A stretch of DNA of 64,000 nucleotides from an uncultured Actinomycetes bacterium (GCA_963796555.1 CAWCLZ010000006.1:14415-78414), one strand, 5' to 3'. Numbered from the stretch's first letter, positions 38,768 to 48,963 are shown. The notes: generated by a model from the sequence alone, not told the origin. Translations and numbers: made by a program.

Positions 38768-39727
38768 TCAGGCGAGCGTTGGATCGGCGGGCGCGCGACG
38801 GCGCCTGCCGAGCAGCCCGAGGAAGACGAGCCAGAAGCCGAGGAGGCCGAGGGCGAGTGCCGGCGCCCAGGGACTGATCGGGCTCCCCGTCGACGTGCAA
38901 AGCGGCCCTCCCAAAGGCCCCCTCGGATTGCAGCCGACGCCGCTGCTGCCGAGGCCGAAGAGACTCTCGCCGAGCTGGGTCGGCGAGCCGACCACGTAAT
39001 GAATCGTCGCGATGAAGAAGCCGATCGTGCCGAAGACGGCCCAGCTCGACCGCCTCGTCGCGTGGCCGATCAGCACGAAGAAGAGCGAGACGACCAGGAC
39101 GACGGCGAAGTCGAAGTCGCTCGTGTGGAACCAGTGCAGGATCGGCACGCCGATGAGCAGCCCGCCCACGAAATGGAGCCAGAAGGCCGACGGCTGATCG
39201 GAGATGCTCCCGGCCAGGAAGTAGATCAGGCCGATCACGAGCGTCACGGTGTACGTCCACCAGCCGCCGTTGGAGATGAAGTCGGTGACGAAGAACCAGC
39301 CGACCACGGCCGAGATGAGCGCGATGAACGGGAACCGCGAGTACCAGCGGAAGACCAGGGCGGCGGCGAGGACCAGGAACTCGAATGTGAGGCGCCCCAG
39401 CGACCAGCCGGCGAACGCGGAGCTCCCGCCGCCGTTCAGCCAACCGAACCAGCTCCACGCCGACCCGACGAGGTAGCCCCAGGCAATCACCGCGGTGAAG
39501 GCGAAGATCCCGGCCGCGACCCACGTACCGGCGCGCCGCAACACCTGGCCGACCAGCACCAGCACGATGAAGATGAGCAGCGCCCAGGCCGTACGGGCTC
39601 CGCCGCCCGGGTACTGCGTCGAGAGGTACGTGAGCGCGGCGAGCCCGCCGAGGAGGACGGTCAGCCCACCGGTGTAGACGAGGAAGCTCGACGTCTTCCA
39701 GACCGGCTTGCGCTCGCGGTCGTGCAC
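38768..39727 (-). CDS. Hypothetical polytopic membrane protein (Trp/Gly-rich) between pdxS and pdxT
   Basis: 319-aa ORF with about 9 helices and a Cys/Gly/Pro-rich loop before the last helix. Confidence 0.65.
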   Translation of the reverse strand: MHDRERKPVWKTSSFLVYTGGLTVLLGGLAALTYLSTQYPGGGARTAWALLIFIVLVLVGQVLRRAGTWVAAGIFAFTAVIAWGYLVGSAWSWFGWLNGGGSSAFAGWSLGRLTFEFLVLAAALVFRWYSRFPFIALISAVVGWFFVTDFISNGGWWTYTVTLVIGLIYFLAGSISDQPSAFWLHFVGGLLIGVPILHWFHTSDFDFAVVLVVSLFFVLIGHATRRSSWAVFGTIGFFIATIHYVVGSPTQLGESLFGLGSSGVGCNPRGPLGGPLCTSTGSPISPWAPALALGLLGFWLVFLGLLGRRRRAPADPTLA

Positions 39728-39757
39728 GAGGGAATCGTCCGCCCCCCATCGGACGGA

Positions 39758-40312
39758 CTAGGCCCAGGGCAGGAGATCCCAGCCGGAAGGCCGCTCGCGC
39801 CGCGAGGGCTCCCACCCGGCGTACGCCTCGTCCGGACTCGACGTCTCGCGCTCGACGCTCGCGCCGTAGCGAGCCGCGAGCTCCGAGACGGGGTAGCGAA
39901 CGGTCCACTCACCGGTGCGCGAGCCGACCATCAGGATCGCGCACGGCTCGTCGCCGGCGCCCACGAAGATGTGCTCCGTCCCGGCGGGCGAGTGGAAGAA
40001 GTCCCAGGCGCGCAGCGTCCGCTCCTCGCCCTCGACGAGGAGCGTGCACGCGCCGGAGAGGACGAGGAAGTCCTCCTGCTGGCTCTCGGCGTGGTAGCAG
40101 CCGTTCGGCTCGCCCGGCGGCAGCACGTGGATGCGGACTCCGAGCTCGGCGAACGCCGCCGACGGGCTCTCGAACGAGCACTCGGAGCCCGAACGCGTCT
40201 TCTCGCCGCCCTCCGTCGTGAGCCACGTCGCGTCGCCGACGTTCACGACGAACCAGCCCGGACCGGTCGGGGCGAGGCCGGAGCCGGACTCCTCGAGTGG
40301 CGCCTCCGGCAC
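39758..40312 (-). CDS. Cupin domain protein
   Basis: Tail of a long shadow ORF. HAESQQEDFLVLSGACTLLVEGEE...PAGTEHIFVG cupin motifs. The GTG shares one base with the pdxS TAG. Confidence 0.7.
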   Translation of the reverse strand: MPEAPLEESGSGLAPTGPGWFVVNVGDATWLTTEGGEKTRSGSECSFESPSAAFAELGVRIHVLPPGEPNGCYHAESQQEDFLVLSGACTLLVEGEERTLRAWDFFHSPAGTEHIFVGAGDEPCAILMVGSRTGEWTVRYPVSELAARYGASVERETSSPDEAYAGWEPSRRERPSGWDLLPWA

Positions 40313-41196
40313 TACCAGCCGCGGGTCTCGAGCAGCTCGCTCGGATCGAGCGACTGCGTCGAGATGCCGACCATCGGCTCGCCGAGGCCGGCCGAGACGC
40401 GGGCGAGGATCTCCGGATCCTGGAAGTGCGTCGTCGCCTCGACGATCGCCTTCGCCCGCTGCTCCGGGTCGCCCGACTTGAAGATGCCCGAGCCGACGAA
40501 GACGCCGTCTGCGCCGAGCTGCATGCAGAGCGACGCGTCGGCGGGCGTTGCGATCCCGCCGGCGGTGAACGTCACGACCGGCAGCTTCCCGTTCTCGGCC
40601 ACCCACTTGACGAGCTCGTACGGCGCGCGCAGCTCCTTCGCCTCCGCGTACAGCTCCTCCTCGCGCAGCGCGCCGAGCCGGCGGATGTGGCCGAAGACCG
40701 AGCGCATGTGCGTGACGGCGTTGACGATGTCGCCGGTGCCGGCCTCGCCCTTCGTGCGGATCATCGCCGCGCCCTCCGCGATGCGCCGCAGCGCCTCGCC
40801 GAGGTTCGTGCACCCGCAGACGAAGGGGACGGTGAACTGCCACTTGTCGACGTGGTGCTCGAGGTCGGCGGGAGTCAGCACCTCGGACTCGTCGATGTAG
40901 TCGATCTCGAGCGCCTGCAGGATCTGGGCCTCGGCGAAGTGGCCGATGCGGCACTTCGCCATGACCGGGATCGTCACGGCCTCCTGGATCTCCTGGATCT
41001 TGTCCGGGTCGGACATGCGCGCGACGCCGCCGTCGCGGCGGATGTCGGCGGGGACGCGCTCGAGCGCCATCACGGCGCACGCTCCCGCCTCCTCGGCGAT
41101 CTTCGCCTGCTCGGCGTCGACGACGTCCATGATCACGCCGCCCTTGAGCATCTCGGCGAGACCGCTCTTGACCCGCATCGTCCCGTACTCGGCCAT
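40312..41196 (-). CDS. pdxS: Pyridoxal 5'-phosphate synthase lyase subunit PdxS
   Basis: [26 protein letters not shown] and GEAGTG. Highly conserved throughout. Confidence 0.95.
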   Translation of the reverse strand: MAEYGTMRVKSGLAEMLKGGVIMDVVDAEQAKIAEEAGACAVMALERVPADIRRDGGVARMSDPDKIQEIQEAVTIPVMAKCRIGHFAEAQILQALEIDYIDESEVLTPADLEHHVDKWQFTVPFVCGCTNLGEALRRIAEGAAMIRTKGEAGTGDIVNAVTHMRSVFGHIRRLGALREEELYAEAKELRAPYELVKWVAENGKLPVVTFTAGGIATPADASLCMQLGADGVFVGSGIFKSGDPEQRAKAIVEATTHFQDPEILARVSAGLGEPMVGISTQSLDPSELLETRGW

Positions 41197-41236
41197 GCCC
41201 TGAGTCTAGCCATGCGCGACCTGATAGAACCGCCGC

Positions 41237-42259
41237 GTGGAGCCGTGGTCGCGGGAACCGGTGGGTCGCTTCGACGAGCTCGAGATCGAGAGCGAGATCC
41301 TGCGCGGCAACCCGCTCGGCGACCCGCACGTCCGCCCGCTCTGGGTCTACGCCCCGCCCGCGTACGACACCGAGCCGGACCGGCGGTTCCCCTCGATCTA
41401 CCTGATCCAGGGCATGACCGGCCAGGTCGACATGTGGCAGAACCGCAGCGCTTTCCGCCCGAAGGTGCCGGAGCTGATCGACCGGCTCTTCGCGGAAGAG
41501 GGCTGCCCCCCGGCGCTCGTCGTCGCCGTCGACTGCTGGACGTCATACGGCGGTGCTCAGTTCATCGACTCTCCTGGGACGGGACGCTACGGCGAGTACC
41601 TCTGCGACGAGGTCGTCTCCTTCGTCGACTCCCGCTACCGGACGCTCGCCGAGCCCGGCCACCGCGGCCTCACCGGCAAGTCGAGCGGCGGCTACGGCGC
41701 GATGGTGGTGCCGATGCTGCGGCCGGACGTCTTCGGCGGCCTCGCGACCCATGCGGGCGATGCGCTGTTCGAGCTCTGCTACCTGCGCGAGTTCCCGGAC
41801 ACGCTGCGCGCGCTCCGCTACGAGTACGACGGCTCGTACGAACGCTTCTGGGAGGACTTCCGCTCGCGTCCGGCGTTCACGAAGCAGTCCGACTACCCGC
41901 TCGTCAACACCTACGCCATGGCCGCCTGCTACTCCGCGAACGAGGACGGCTCCGTCGACCTGCCGTTCGACGTGGACAGCGGGATGCTGCGCGACGACGT
42001 CTGGCAGCGCTGGCTCGCCTGGGATCCGGTGCGCATGGCGCGCCGCCACGCGGACGCCCTCCGCAGTCAACGCGCGATCTACATCGACGCCGGCAAACGG
42101 GACGAGTTCTTCCTCGACATCGGAGCGGACGCGTTCCGGCGCGAGCTCGAGGCGCTCGGGATCACCGACGTCTTCTTCGAGCTGTTCGACGCAGGCCACG
42201 GCGGGATCGAGTACCGCTACCCACTCGCGATCCGCTACCTCGCCGAGCGGCTCCAGTAA
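41237..42259 (+). CDS. Esterase family protein (enterochelin esterase-like alpha/beta hydrolase)
   Basis: [11 protein letters not shown] and GKSSGGYGA nucleophile elbow. Confidence 0.8.
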   Translation: MEPWSREPVGRFDELEIESEILRGNPLGDPHVRPLWVYAPPAYDTEPDRRFPSIYLIQGMTGQVDMWQNRSAFRPKVPELIDRLFAEEGCPPALVVAVDCWTSYGGAQFIDSPGTGRYGEYLCDEVVSFVDSRYRTLAEPGHRGLTGKSSGGYGAMVVPMLRPDVFGGLATHAGDALFELCYLREFPDTLRALRYEYDGSYERFWEDFRSRPAFTKQSDYPLVNTYAMAACYSANEDGSVDLPFDVDSGMLRDDVWQRWLAWDPVRMARRHADALRSQRAIYIDAGKRDEFFLDIGADAFRRELEALGITDVFFELFDAGHGGIEYRYPLAIRYLAERLQ

Positions 42260-42269
42260 CCGAAGGGTG

Positions 42270-43397
42270 ATGCTCGAGCTCGACGTGATCCGCGAGGCGC
42301 CGAAAGCGCTGCTGCACGACCACCTCGACGGTGGCCTGCGCCCGGAGACGGTCATCGAGCTCGCCGCCGAGATCGGCTACGACGAGCTCCCGACGGCCGA
42401 CCCGGCCGAGCTCGGCCGCTGGTTCCTGCGCGGAGCCGACCGCAAGAGCCTCGAGCTCTACCTGGAGGGTTTCCGCCACACTGTCGCCCTGCTCCAGGGG
42501 CAGGACGCGATCGAGCGCGTGGCCTGCGAGTGTGCCGAGGACCTCGCGGCCGACAACGTCGTCTACGCCGAGGTGCGGTACGCGCCCGAGCTCTCCACCG
42601 AAGGCGGCCTCACCCTGGACGAGGTGGTGACGGCGATCCTGAACGGGTTCCGGGAGGGAGAGCGGCGCGCACAGGCGCAGGGACGGAGGATCGTGCTGAA
42701 GCTGCTTGTCTCGGCCATGCGCCAGGCCGCGCGCTCGGTCGAGGCCGCCGAGCTGGCGGTGCGCCACCGCGACGAGGGCGTGGTCGGGTTCGACATCGCC
42801 GGCCCCGAGGCCGGCTTCCCGCCGACGCGGCACCTCGACGCGTTCCAGCTGATCCAGCGCGAGAACTTCCACGTCACGATCCACGCCGGCGAGAGCTTCG
42901 GGCTCCCCTCGATCTGGGAGGCGCTGCAGTGGTGCGGCGCCGAGCGGCTCGGCCACGGCGTCCGCATCGTCGACGACATCACGGTCCGGCCGGACGGCTC
43001 GACCGAGCTCGGACGGCTCGCGGCGCTCGTGCGCGACCGTCGCGTGCCGCTCGAGATGTGCCCCACCTGCAACGTCCAGACCGGAGCGGTGGCGTCGATC
43101 GAGGACCACCCGATCGACCTCCTGCGCCGGCTCCGCTACCGGGTCACGGTCAACACCGACAACAGGCTGATGAGCGGTGTGACGCTGAGCTCCGAGTTCC
43201 ACGCCCTGAGCGAGGCGTTCGAGATCGGCCTCGACGACATGGAATGGCTGACGACGAACGCGCTGAAGAGCGCCTTCGCCCCCTTCGACGAGCGGCTCGA
43301 GCTCATCAACGAGACGATCAAGCCGGGGTACGCGCGGCTGCGCGCACGGGAAGCACGCGTGCTCGGCGCAGCCCCGCTCCGGCCGCCTGACCGGTGA
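42270..43397 (+). CDS. add: Adenosine deaminase
   Basis: [19 protein letters not shown], and [11 protein letters not shown] motifs. Confidence 0.9.
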   Translation: MLELDVIREAPKALLHDHLDGGLRPETVIELAAEIGYDELPTADPAELGRWFLRGADRKSLELYLEGFRHTVALLQGQDAIERVACECAEDLAADNVVYAEVRYAPELSTEGGLTLDEVVTAILNGFREGERRAQAQGRRIVLKLLVSAMRQAARSVEAAELAVRHRDEGVVGFDIAGPEAGFPPTRHLDAFQLIQRENFHVTIHAGESFGLPSIWEALQWCGAERLGHGVRIVDDITVRPDGSTELGRLAALVRDRRVPLEMCPTCNVQTGAVASIEDHPIDLLRRLRYRVTVNTDNRLMSGVTLSSEFHALSEAFEIGLDDMEWLTTNALKSAFAPFDERLELINETIKPGYARLRAREARVLGAAPLRPPDR

Positions 43398-43900
43398 AGG
43401 GGAGCTCCTCTCTCGGACGCTTGATCGGCGGCGGCGATCGTGGCATCGCCGCAACCGTGTACGGGACGGTGCTCGCGATGGCCGCCCTGGCGGCCGGGGC
43501 CGTGGAGCATCTCTCGCCGGACCAGCTGATCATCGTCGTTGCAACGACGTCGGGGGTGATCTGGCTGGCGCACGTCTATGCGGGCACGCTCGGCGAGAGC
43601 ATCGAACGCGGCCGACGGCTGGACTGGCCGGAGTTCACCGGAATCGCCGTGCAGGAGATGCCGATCCTGGTCTCTGCGGCGGCGCCGATCAGCATCCTGT
43701 TGCTCGGCGCGTTCGGGGTCATCGCGGAGACGCCCGACATCTGGCTTGCGTTCGGCCTCGGGTTCCTCGCCCTGGCGGCGCAGGGCGCCCGATACGCGCG
43801 GGTCGAGCGGCTCGGCGCCGCCGGCACGATCGCGGTCATCGCGGCGAATCTCGCCCTCGGCGGAGTCGTGGTCGCGCTCAAGGTGCTCATCTCGCACTGA
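43394..43900 (+). CDS. Hypothetical membrane protein
   Basis: GTGA-coupled to add. 4-5 hydrophobic helices. Confidence 0.6.
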   Translation: MKGSSSLGRLIGGGDRGIAATVYGTVLAMAALAAGAVEHLSPDQLIIVVATTSGVIWLAHVYAGTLGESIERGRRLDWPEFTGIAVQEMPILVSAAAPISILLLGAFGVIAETPDIWLAFGLGFLALAAQGARYARVERLGAAGTIAVIAANLALGGVVVALKVLISH

Positions 43901-43948
43901 CGACCGGCGGCGGCGTGCGATCATGCGTCCATCGCACGGTTCATCGTC

Positions 43949-44116
43949 ACCGTGGAGGGACCCGGCTGGACTGACGTCGAGGACATCGAGCTGCCTCGCC
44001 TCCCGGATGTCGGCGAGTCGCTCGAGACGAAGTACGGGACCTTGCTCGTAGCTGAGGCCGAGGCGGCGCCCGATCTGGCGACGTACGCCGGCCGGATCGT
44101 CTGCCGCTTCTCCTAG
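43949..44116 (+). CDS. Possible small protein (55 codons from GTG), in frame with the preceding gene across its TGA
   Basis: Coding-like GC3 (47 of 55 codons end in G/C). VEGPGWTDVEDIELPRLPDVGESLETKYGTLLVAEAEAAPDLATYAGRIVCRFS. Not in the ORF track (<60 aa). Confidence 0.3.
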   Translation, partial: TVEGPGWTDVEDIELPRLPDVGESLETKYGTLLVAEAEAAPDLATYAGRIVCRFS

Positions 44117-44119
44117 CGT
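44114..44119 (+). promoter_or_regulatory. Candidate -10 hexamer TAGCGT (leaderless methyltransferase gene)
   Basis: TAGCGT-N7-GTG(44127). Its TAG is also the stop of the small upstream ORF. Confidence 0.4.
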
Positions 44120-44126
44120 CCAGTCG

Positions 44127-44675
44127 GTGAGACCGGTCGAGCTCGTCTTCGTCGTCGGCTGGGCGGCGTTCTGGCTGTACTGGTTCTTGGCTGCCTTCTC
44201 TATGAAGCGGGGCCGCGTTCAATGGTCGCGCGAGCTGCGAATCAGGGCGGTGCTCCTCGTCGTCGTGGTCCTGCTGGTCCGCCTCGGCGTGTTACGCGGC
44301 CACGGCGTCCACACCGATCCCTGGCGGGAGGCCGTAGGGCTCGTCCTCTTCGCCCTCGGCCTGGGGTTTGCGATCTGGGCACGCGTTCACATCGGCCGCA
44401 ACTGGGGCACTCCGATGACGCAGAAAGTCGAGCCGGAGCTCGTGACCAGCGGCCCGTACCGCCTCGTGCGCCACCCGATCTACTCCGGCATCCTCACCGC
44501 CGGCATCGGCAGCGCACTGGCGTTGAGCTGGTTCTGGCTCGTCCCGGTCGCCCTGGCCGGTTCCTACTTCATCTACGCCGCGACGGTCGAGGAGCGCTAT
44601 CTGACCGAGCAGTTCCCGGACACGTACCCGGCGTACAAGCGCTCCACCAAGATGCTCGTCCCGTTCGTCTTCTGA
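44127..44675 (+). CDS. Isoprenylcysteine carboxyl methyltransferase (ICMT)/phospholipid methyltransferase family membrane protein
   Basis: LVTSGPYRLVRHPIYSG...EERYL motif. Confidence 0.8.
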   Translation: MRPVELVFVVGWAAFWLYWFLAAFSMKRGRVQWSRELRIRAVLLVVVVLLVRLGVLRGHGVHTDPWREAVGLVLFALGLGFAIWARVHIGRNWGTPMTQKVEPELVTSGPYRLVRHPIYSGILTAGIGSALALSWFWLVPVALAGSYFIYAATVEERYLTEQFPDTYPAYKRSTKMLVPFVF

Positions 44676-44717
44676 GCATGTGACAGCGCCGCGCCTCGGC
44701 GACGTATAGAGACCAGG

Positions 44718-45602
44718 ATGAAGCGCTTTCTCCTCCCGGCGAGCGCGCTCGTCCTCGTCGTCACCGCCTGCGGCGCCGGTGCGAAGCCGGCGCCGCGGGT
44801 GACGCTGGCGGGGGCGCGCGTACCGCGAGTCAGCATCGTCGCCGCGCGGCGCAAGGAGGACGCGAGTCGCGAGGCGAGGGTGCTGCTACGCCAGTTCGTG
44901 CCTCCGCCGGGTGCCCGCGCGACTCGCGAGCCGCGACGGTACGGCGGCGTGCTTCGCCGCTACGGGTCGGCACCGTTGGGAGAGATCGTCGACGTGCATC
45001 GCTTCTGGAGCGTGCGGAAGCCGCTCGCGGCTGTCGCAGCCTTCGTGAGGACGCACCGGCCGCCCGGGCTCCGGGACTCCGGCGCCACCTACGGCAGCAA
45101 CGCCCCGCACTACCTCATGTGGAGCTTCTCGTCGCCGAGCCGCTACCTCGACGTCACCGCAGTCGCACTCCGCGGCAGAACGGTGCTCCGAGTCGACGCT
45201 CTGGCTCTCTGGATCTACCCGCGTTCGCCGAGCGAGAGGATTCCGCCTGCGACGCGCACGATCGTCGTTCGCGGGCCGAAGATCCGGCGGACCGTGACGA
45301 ACACGGCGCAGGTCGCGCGGATCAGCCGCTGGTTCGACGCCCTCCCGGTGTCGCCGCCCGGGATCGCCATCGCGTGCGCGTTGGTGCTCCGCCCGAATAT
45401 CACCCTCTCCTTCCGCAGCGCCGCCGGCACTCAACTCGCGCGCGCGACCGTGCCGGAGCCCTCCGCGAGCATCTGCGACCCGATCGGGTTCAAGATCGGC
45501 GGCAAGACCAAGAAACCGCTCATCGACCGCGCGTTCGGGCCGAGCTTCGCCCGGCGCCTGGAGCGCCTGCTCGGCGTTCGGCTCGAGCAACCGCTGCGCT
45601 GA
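44718..45602 (+). CDS. Hypothetical lipoprotein
   Basis: Signal peptide with lipobox (MKRFLLPASALVLVVTAC). Confidence 0.65.
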   Translation: MKRFLLPASALVLVVTACGAGAKPAPRVTLAGARVPRVSIVAARRKEDASREARVLLRQFVPPPGARATREPRRYGGVLRRYGSAPLGEIVDVHRFWSVRKPLAAVAAFVRTHRPPGLRDSGATYGSNAPHYLMWSFSSPSRYLDVTAVALRGRTVLRVDALALWIYPRSPSERIPPATRTIVVRGPKIRRTVTNTAQVARISRWFDALPVSPPGIAIACALVLRPNITLSFRSAAGTQLARATVPEPSASICDPIGFKIGGKTKKPLIDRAFGPSFARRLERLLGVRLEQPLR

Positions 45603-45726
45603 TCTACCGAGCGCCCTGCTCCGTTCTACGGATGCGACCGCCCCGGCACACGCCGAGAATTGGGCTGCCTGCCTCCACGCAGCCCGGTTCGGTCTGCGCG
45701 AGCAGACGTAAGGAGGCGATGAAGAC

Positions 45727-45855
45727 ATGCGGCGATTCGACTCCGCGCGGCGGGCACACGGCACCGCGGTGTTCCAGGTCTTCATCAGCGGCACCGGCTG
45801 CCAGCTCACCGGCCCCGCGAACACCGGGACCGTCCACTGGTGCGCGACGCGCTGA
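45727..45855 (+). CDS. Unannotated 42-codon ORF (MRRFDSARRAHGTAVFQVFISGTGCQLTGPANTGTVHWCATR)
   Basis: AAGGAGG at 45710-45716, 10 nt upstream of the ATG. 40 of 42 codons end in G/C, whereas the overlapping listed frame has many A/T-ending codons. Confidence 0.45.
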   Translation: MRRFDSARRAHGTAVFQVFISGTGCQLTGPANTGTVHWCATR

Positions 45856-45882
45856 GCTTGCTCGAAAGCCTGGAGGTGAGAA

Positions 45883-48051
45883 GTGGGAGTCGCTGTTGGC
45901 CCATCGCTGATAGACCGGAGACCGACCCTGCGCGTCCCGAGCGTCGGCCGGGCCGAGGCCGTGTCGCCGGCGGCGACCGCCTCACTTGCTCATCGCGAGG
46001 ACATCCAGGGCCTGCGCGCCGTGGCTGTGCTCCTCGTCGTCTTCGCACATGCCGGTGTCGGGTTCATGGCGGGCGGATTCGTCGGCGTGGACGTCTTCTT
46101 CGTCCTCTCCGGCTTCCTGATCACGGGCCTGCTGCTCGCCGAGTCACGCAAGAGCGGGTCGGTGTCCCTGCTCGGGTTCTACGTCCGGCGCGCGCGGCGG
46201 ATCCTGCCCGCCGCCATGCTGACGCTGGTGGCAACCGACGTCGCCGCGTACCTCCTCGTGAACTTCGTGCGCGCGCGCGAAACCGTCGACGACAGCCTGC
46301 ACGCCGCCGGGTTCGCCGCAAACTTCCACTTCGCGGCGCAGGGCTTCAACTACTTCGCCCAGAGCGACCCGCCTTCGCCGCTGCTGCACTACTGGTCGCT
46401 CTCGGTCGAGGAGCAGTTCTACCTCGTCTGGCCTCTGCTGCTCTCACTCACGCTGTTCGGCTTCGCGTGGGTCATGCGACGGAGAACCGCCGGCTGCGAA
46501 GGGCGGCTGCTCTGGCTCATCGCCATCCTCACGGGGCTGTCACTCGTCTACTCGATCTATCTCACGAACACGTCTCCGACCACTGCCTACTACTCCCCGT
46601 TCGCGCGCGCGTGGGAACTCGGTCTCGGCGCGACCCTTGCCGTGGGCGCGGCGAAGCTGGGGCGACTTCCCGCGCCCGCCAAGGTCGTGCTGGGCTGGGG
46701 TGGGATCGCGGCGATCGCCGTCGCTGCGCTCGTCTTCTCCGCGGCAACGCCGTTCCCCGGCTGGGCTGCGCTGCTGCCGACGGTCGGGACGGCGTGCGCG
46801 ATCGTCGCGGGGATGGGTGACCGGATGCCGCGCCTGGCGGCGGGACGCTGGCTGGGAGTGCGCCCGATGTCCATGATCGGGGATCGCTCGTACGCCCTCT
46901 ACCTGTGGCACTGGCCGGTGCTGATCCTCGCGGCCGGGTATGCGGGCCACGCGCTCGCCCTCCCCGTGAAGCTCGAGCTGATGGTGGGGGCGTTCGTACT
47001 CTCGTGCGTGACGTATGCGTTGATCGAGAATCCGATCCGGCACAGGATGCGCAGCCACGCGAAGACGCTGGTCGTGGTGCTCGCCTGTGCGGGCGTCTTC
47101 CTCGGCACCGCCGTCGGCTCGCTCGCCGGCATCAACCGTGAGCAGCAGCGCTTCCAGGGACCGACCACGACGCAGACGACGCCGCTCGGGATCCACGGGC
47201 CGACGTCGACCGCGCAAGGCGCGCTTTCGACCGTGATCGCCGCGGTGCGGGCCGCGCGGAACGGCGCCCCTCTCCCCTCGCCGCTCGCACCCGACATCGG
47301 TCAGCTGAGGGCGATGCCCGCCCCCTACACGCTGCCGGCGAAGTGCCTCGGCCACGACAGCAGCCCGGTCATCGCGACCAAGATCTGCCGCCTCGGGGAC
47401 AGCTCGAGCAAGAAGGTCATCGTCCTGATGGGCGACTCGCACGCATACATGTGGCTACCCGCCGTCCTGGAGATGGCATGGCACGACCACCTGGCAGTCG
47501 TCCCGCTGCTGCGGCTCGGCTGCACGCCGGCCAACTGGCCGACAGGCCACGGCAGCGGTCGGTGCGCCGACTGGTACCGCTGGGCGGTCGGCCGGGTCAG
47601 GCACCTCCACCCGAACATGGTGCTGCTGGGAGGGAGCATCGATCAGAGCCTCAGCCCGACGGTCGATACTGAGGTGGCGGGCGTCGTCGGAGCTGCCCGG
47701 GAGCTGCACGGGCTCGGCCGCGTCGTGGTCATCGGCGATCCCGAAGGCGTCGACTTCAGCCCCGTCGACTGCCTGCTCAGGGCGAATGCCACGATGGGCA
47801 CCTGCCTGACGAAGTGGCCCGTGAGCGCGCTCAGGGGCTACAACCATGTGCGGCAGGGAGTGACGCGGCTCGGGATCGGCTTCCTTGCCACCCGGGGCTT
47901 TGTCTCGTACCAGCGGGAGTACCCCGCCGTCATCGGCCACACGATCGTCTGGCTCGACGGCAACCACATGACGTACCTGTACTCGGCCCAGGTCGCCGGC
48001 GCGTTCCGCGCGGCGTACCTCCGCGAGACCGCGAGACATTTGCGCCGTTGA
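45883..48051 (+). CDS. Acyltransferase family 3 protein with C-terminal SGNH domain (OatA/OafA-like O-acetyltransferase)
   Basis: IQGLRAVAVLLVVFAHA and VDVFFVLSGFLIT. About 10 TM helices, then a soluble domain with GDSHA. GGAGGTG SD upstream. Confidence 0.85.
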   Translation: MGVAVGPSLIDRRPTLRVPSVGRAEAVSPAATASLAHREDIQGLRAVAVLLVVFAHAGVGFMAGGFVGVDVFFVLSGFLITGLLLAESRKSGSVSLLGFYVRRARRILPAAMLTLVATDVAAYLLVNFVRARETVDDSLHAAGFAANFHFAAQGFNYFAQSDPPSPLLHYWSLSVEEQFYLVWPLLLSLTLFGFAWVMRRRTAGCEGRLLWLIAILTGLSLVYSIYLTNTSPTTAYYSPFARAWELGLGATLAVGAAKLGRLPAPAKVVLGWGGIAAIAVAALVFSAATPFPGWAALLPTVGTACAIVAGMGDRMPRLAAGRWLGVRPMSMIGDRSYALYLWHWPVLILAAGYAGHALALPVKLELMVGAFVLSCVTYALIENPIRHRMRSHAKTLVVVLACAGVFLGTAVGSLAGINREQQRFQGPTTTQTTPLGIHGPTSTAQGALSTVIAAVRAARNGAPLPSPLAPDIGQLRAMPAPYTLPAKCLGHDSSPVIATKICRLGDSSSKKVIVLMGDSHAYMWLPAVLEMAWHDHLAVVPLLRLGCTPANWPTGHGSGRCADWYRWAVGRVRHLHPNMVLLGGSIDQSLSPTVDTEVAGVVGAARELHGLGRVVVIGDPEGVDFSPVDCLLRANATMGTCLTKWPVSALRGYNHVRQGVTRLGIGFLATRGFVSYQREYPAVIGHTIVWLDGNHMTYLYSAQVAGAFRAAYLRETARHLRR

Positions 48052-48180
48052 CACGGCGGCTAGCCTTCCCGGATCCCGCGCCGCCGGTTCCGCCTACTGC
48101 TGTCCCTGTTCGCCGTTCTCGCCGCAACGCTGGCGCCGGGTGCGCATGCGCGCACACTCTTCCCTCGCTTCCACGGCGGC

Positions 48181-48963
48181 GTGCCCGTTCTGCTCTACCA
48201 CCGCCTCGGGCCGAGCGCCGGCGCATACAGCGTGACCCCGGCGGACTTCGCTGCGGAGATGCAGCGGCTCCACGGCATGGGCTTTCAGGCCATCTCGCTC
48301 GACCAGTACGTGCGGTTCATCCGCGGCAAGGCGGTCGACCTCCCCCCGCGCCCGATCCTGATCACGTTCGACGACGGGTTCCAGTCCTCGTTCGAGGTCG
48401 CCGACCCGATCCTCGCCCGGTACGGCTGGAACGCCGCGATCTACGTCATCACGGGAGCGGTCGGGAATCCGGGCCGTCTCACCTGGGCGCAGCTGCGGCA
48501 GATGCAGGCGACCGGGCGCTGGCAGATCGACGAGCACGCCGGCTACGGCCACGTCGACGTCACGGTCGACTCCGACGGCGACCAGGGGCCGTTCTACGCG
48601 AACGAGGTCTGGGCGAACGGTTCGCAGGAGAGCTTCCGCCACTACAAGCGGCGCGTGAGCCACGACATCGAGCTCGGCCAGAGGATGCTCGCGGACCACG
48701 TTCCCGGCTGGAGGTCGCACGGCACGTTCGCCGTCCCGTTCAACAACTACGGCCAACACGGCTCGAACGACCCCCGCATCGGGCCGTGGCTGGGCAGGTT
48801 CCTGAAGACGCACTTCGCCGCGAGCTTCCTGCAGGAGGGCGACGGCTTCTCGACCCCGGGACCGGGGCTTCAGAACCGGATCTACGTGCCCGGAGGCTGG
48901 GATGTGTCGAGCCTCGAGGGACATCTGCTCGCCGGGCGCGCGCACATCGCCGCACGCCGCTGA
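48181..48963 (+). CDS. Polysaccharide deacetylase (NodB homology domain)
   Basis: PILITFDDGF and HAGYGH-type motifs. An in-frame signal peptide lies upstream (48064-48180) without a canonical start codon. Confidence 0.85.
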   Translation: MPVLLYHRLGPSAGAYSVTPADFAAEMQRLHGMGFQAISLDQYVRFIRGKAVDLPPRPILITFDDGFQSSFEVADPILARYGWNAAIYVITGAVGNPGRLTWAQLRQMQATGRWQIDEHAGYGHVDVTVDSDGDQGPFYANEVWANGSQESFRHYKRRVSHDIELGQRMLADHVPGWRSHGTFAVPFNNYGQHGSNDPRIGPWLGRFLKTHFAASFLQEGDGFSTPGPGLQNRIYVPGGWDVSSLEGHLLAGRAHIAARR

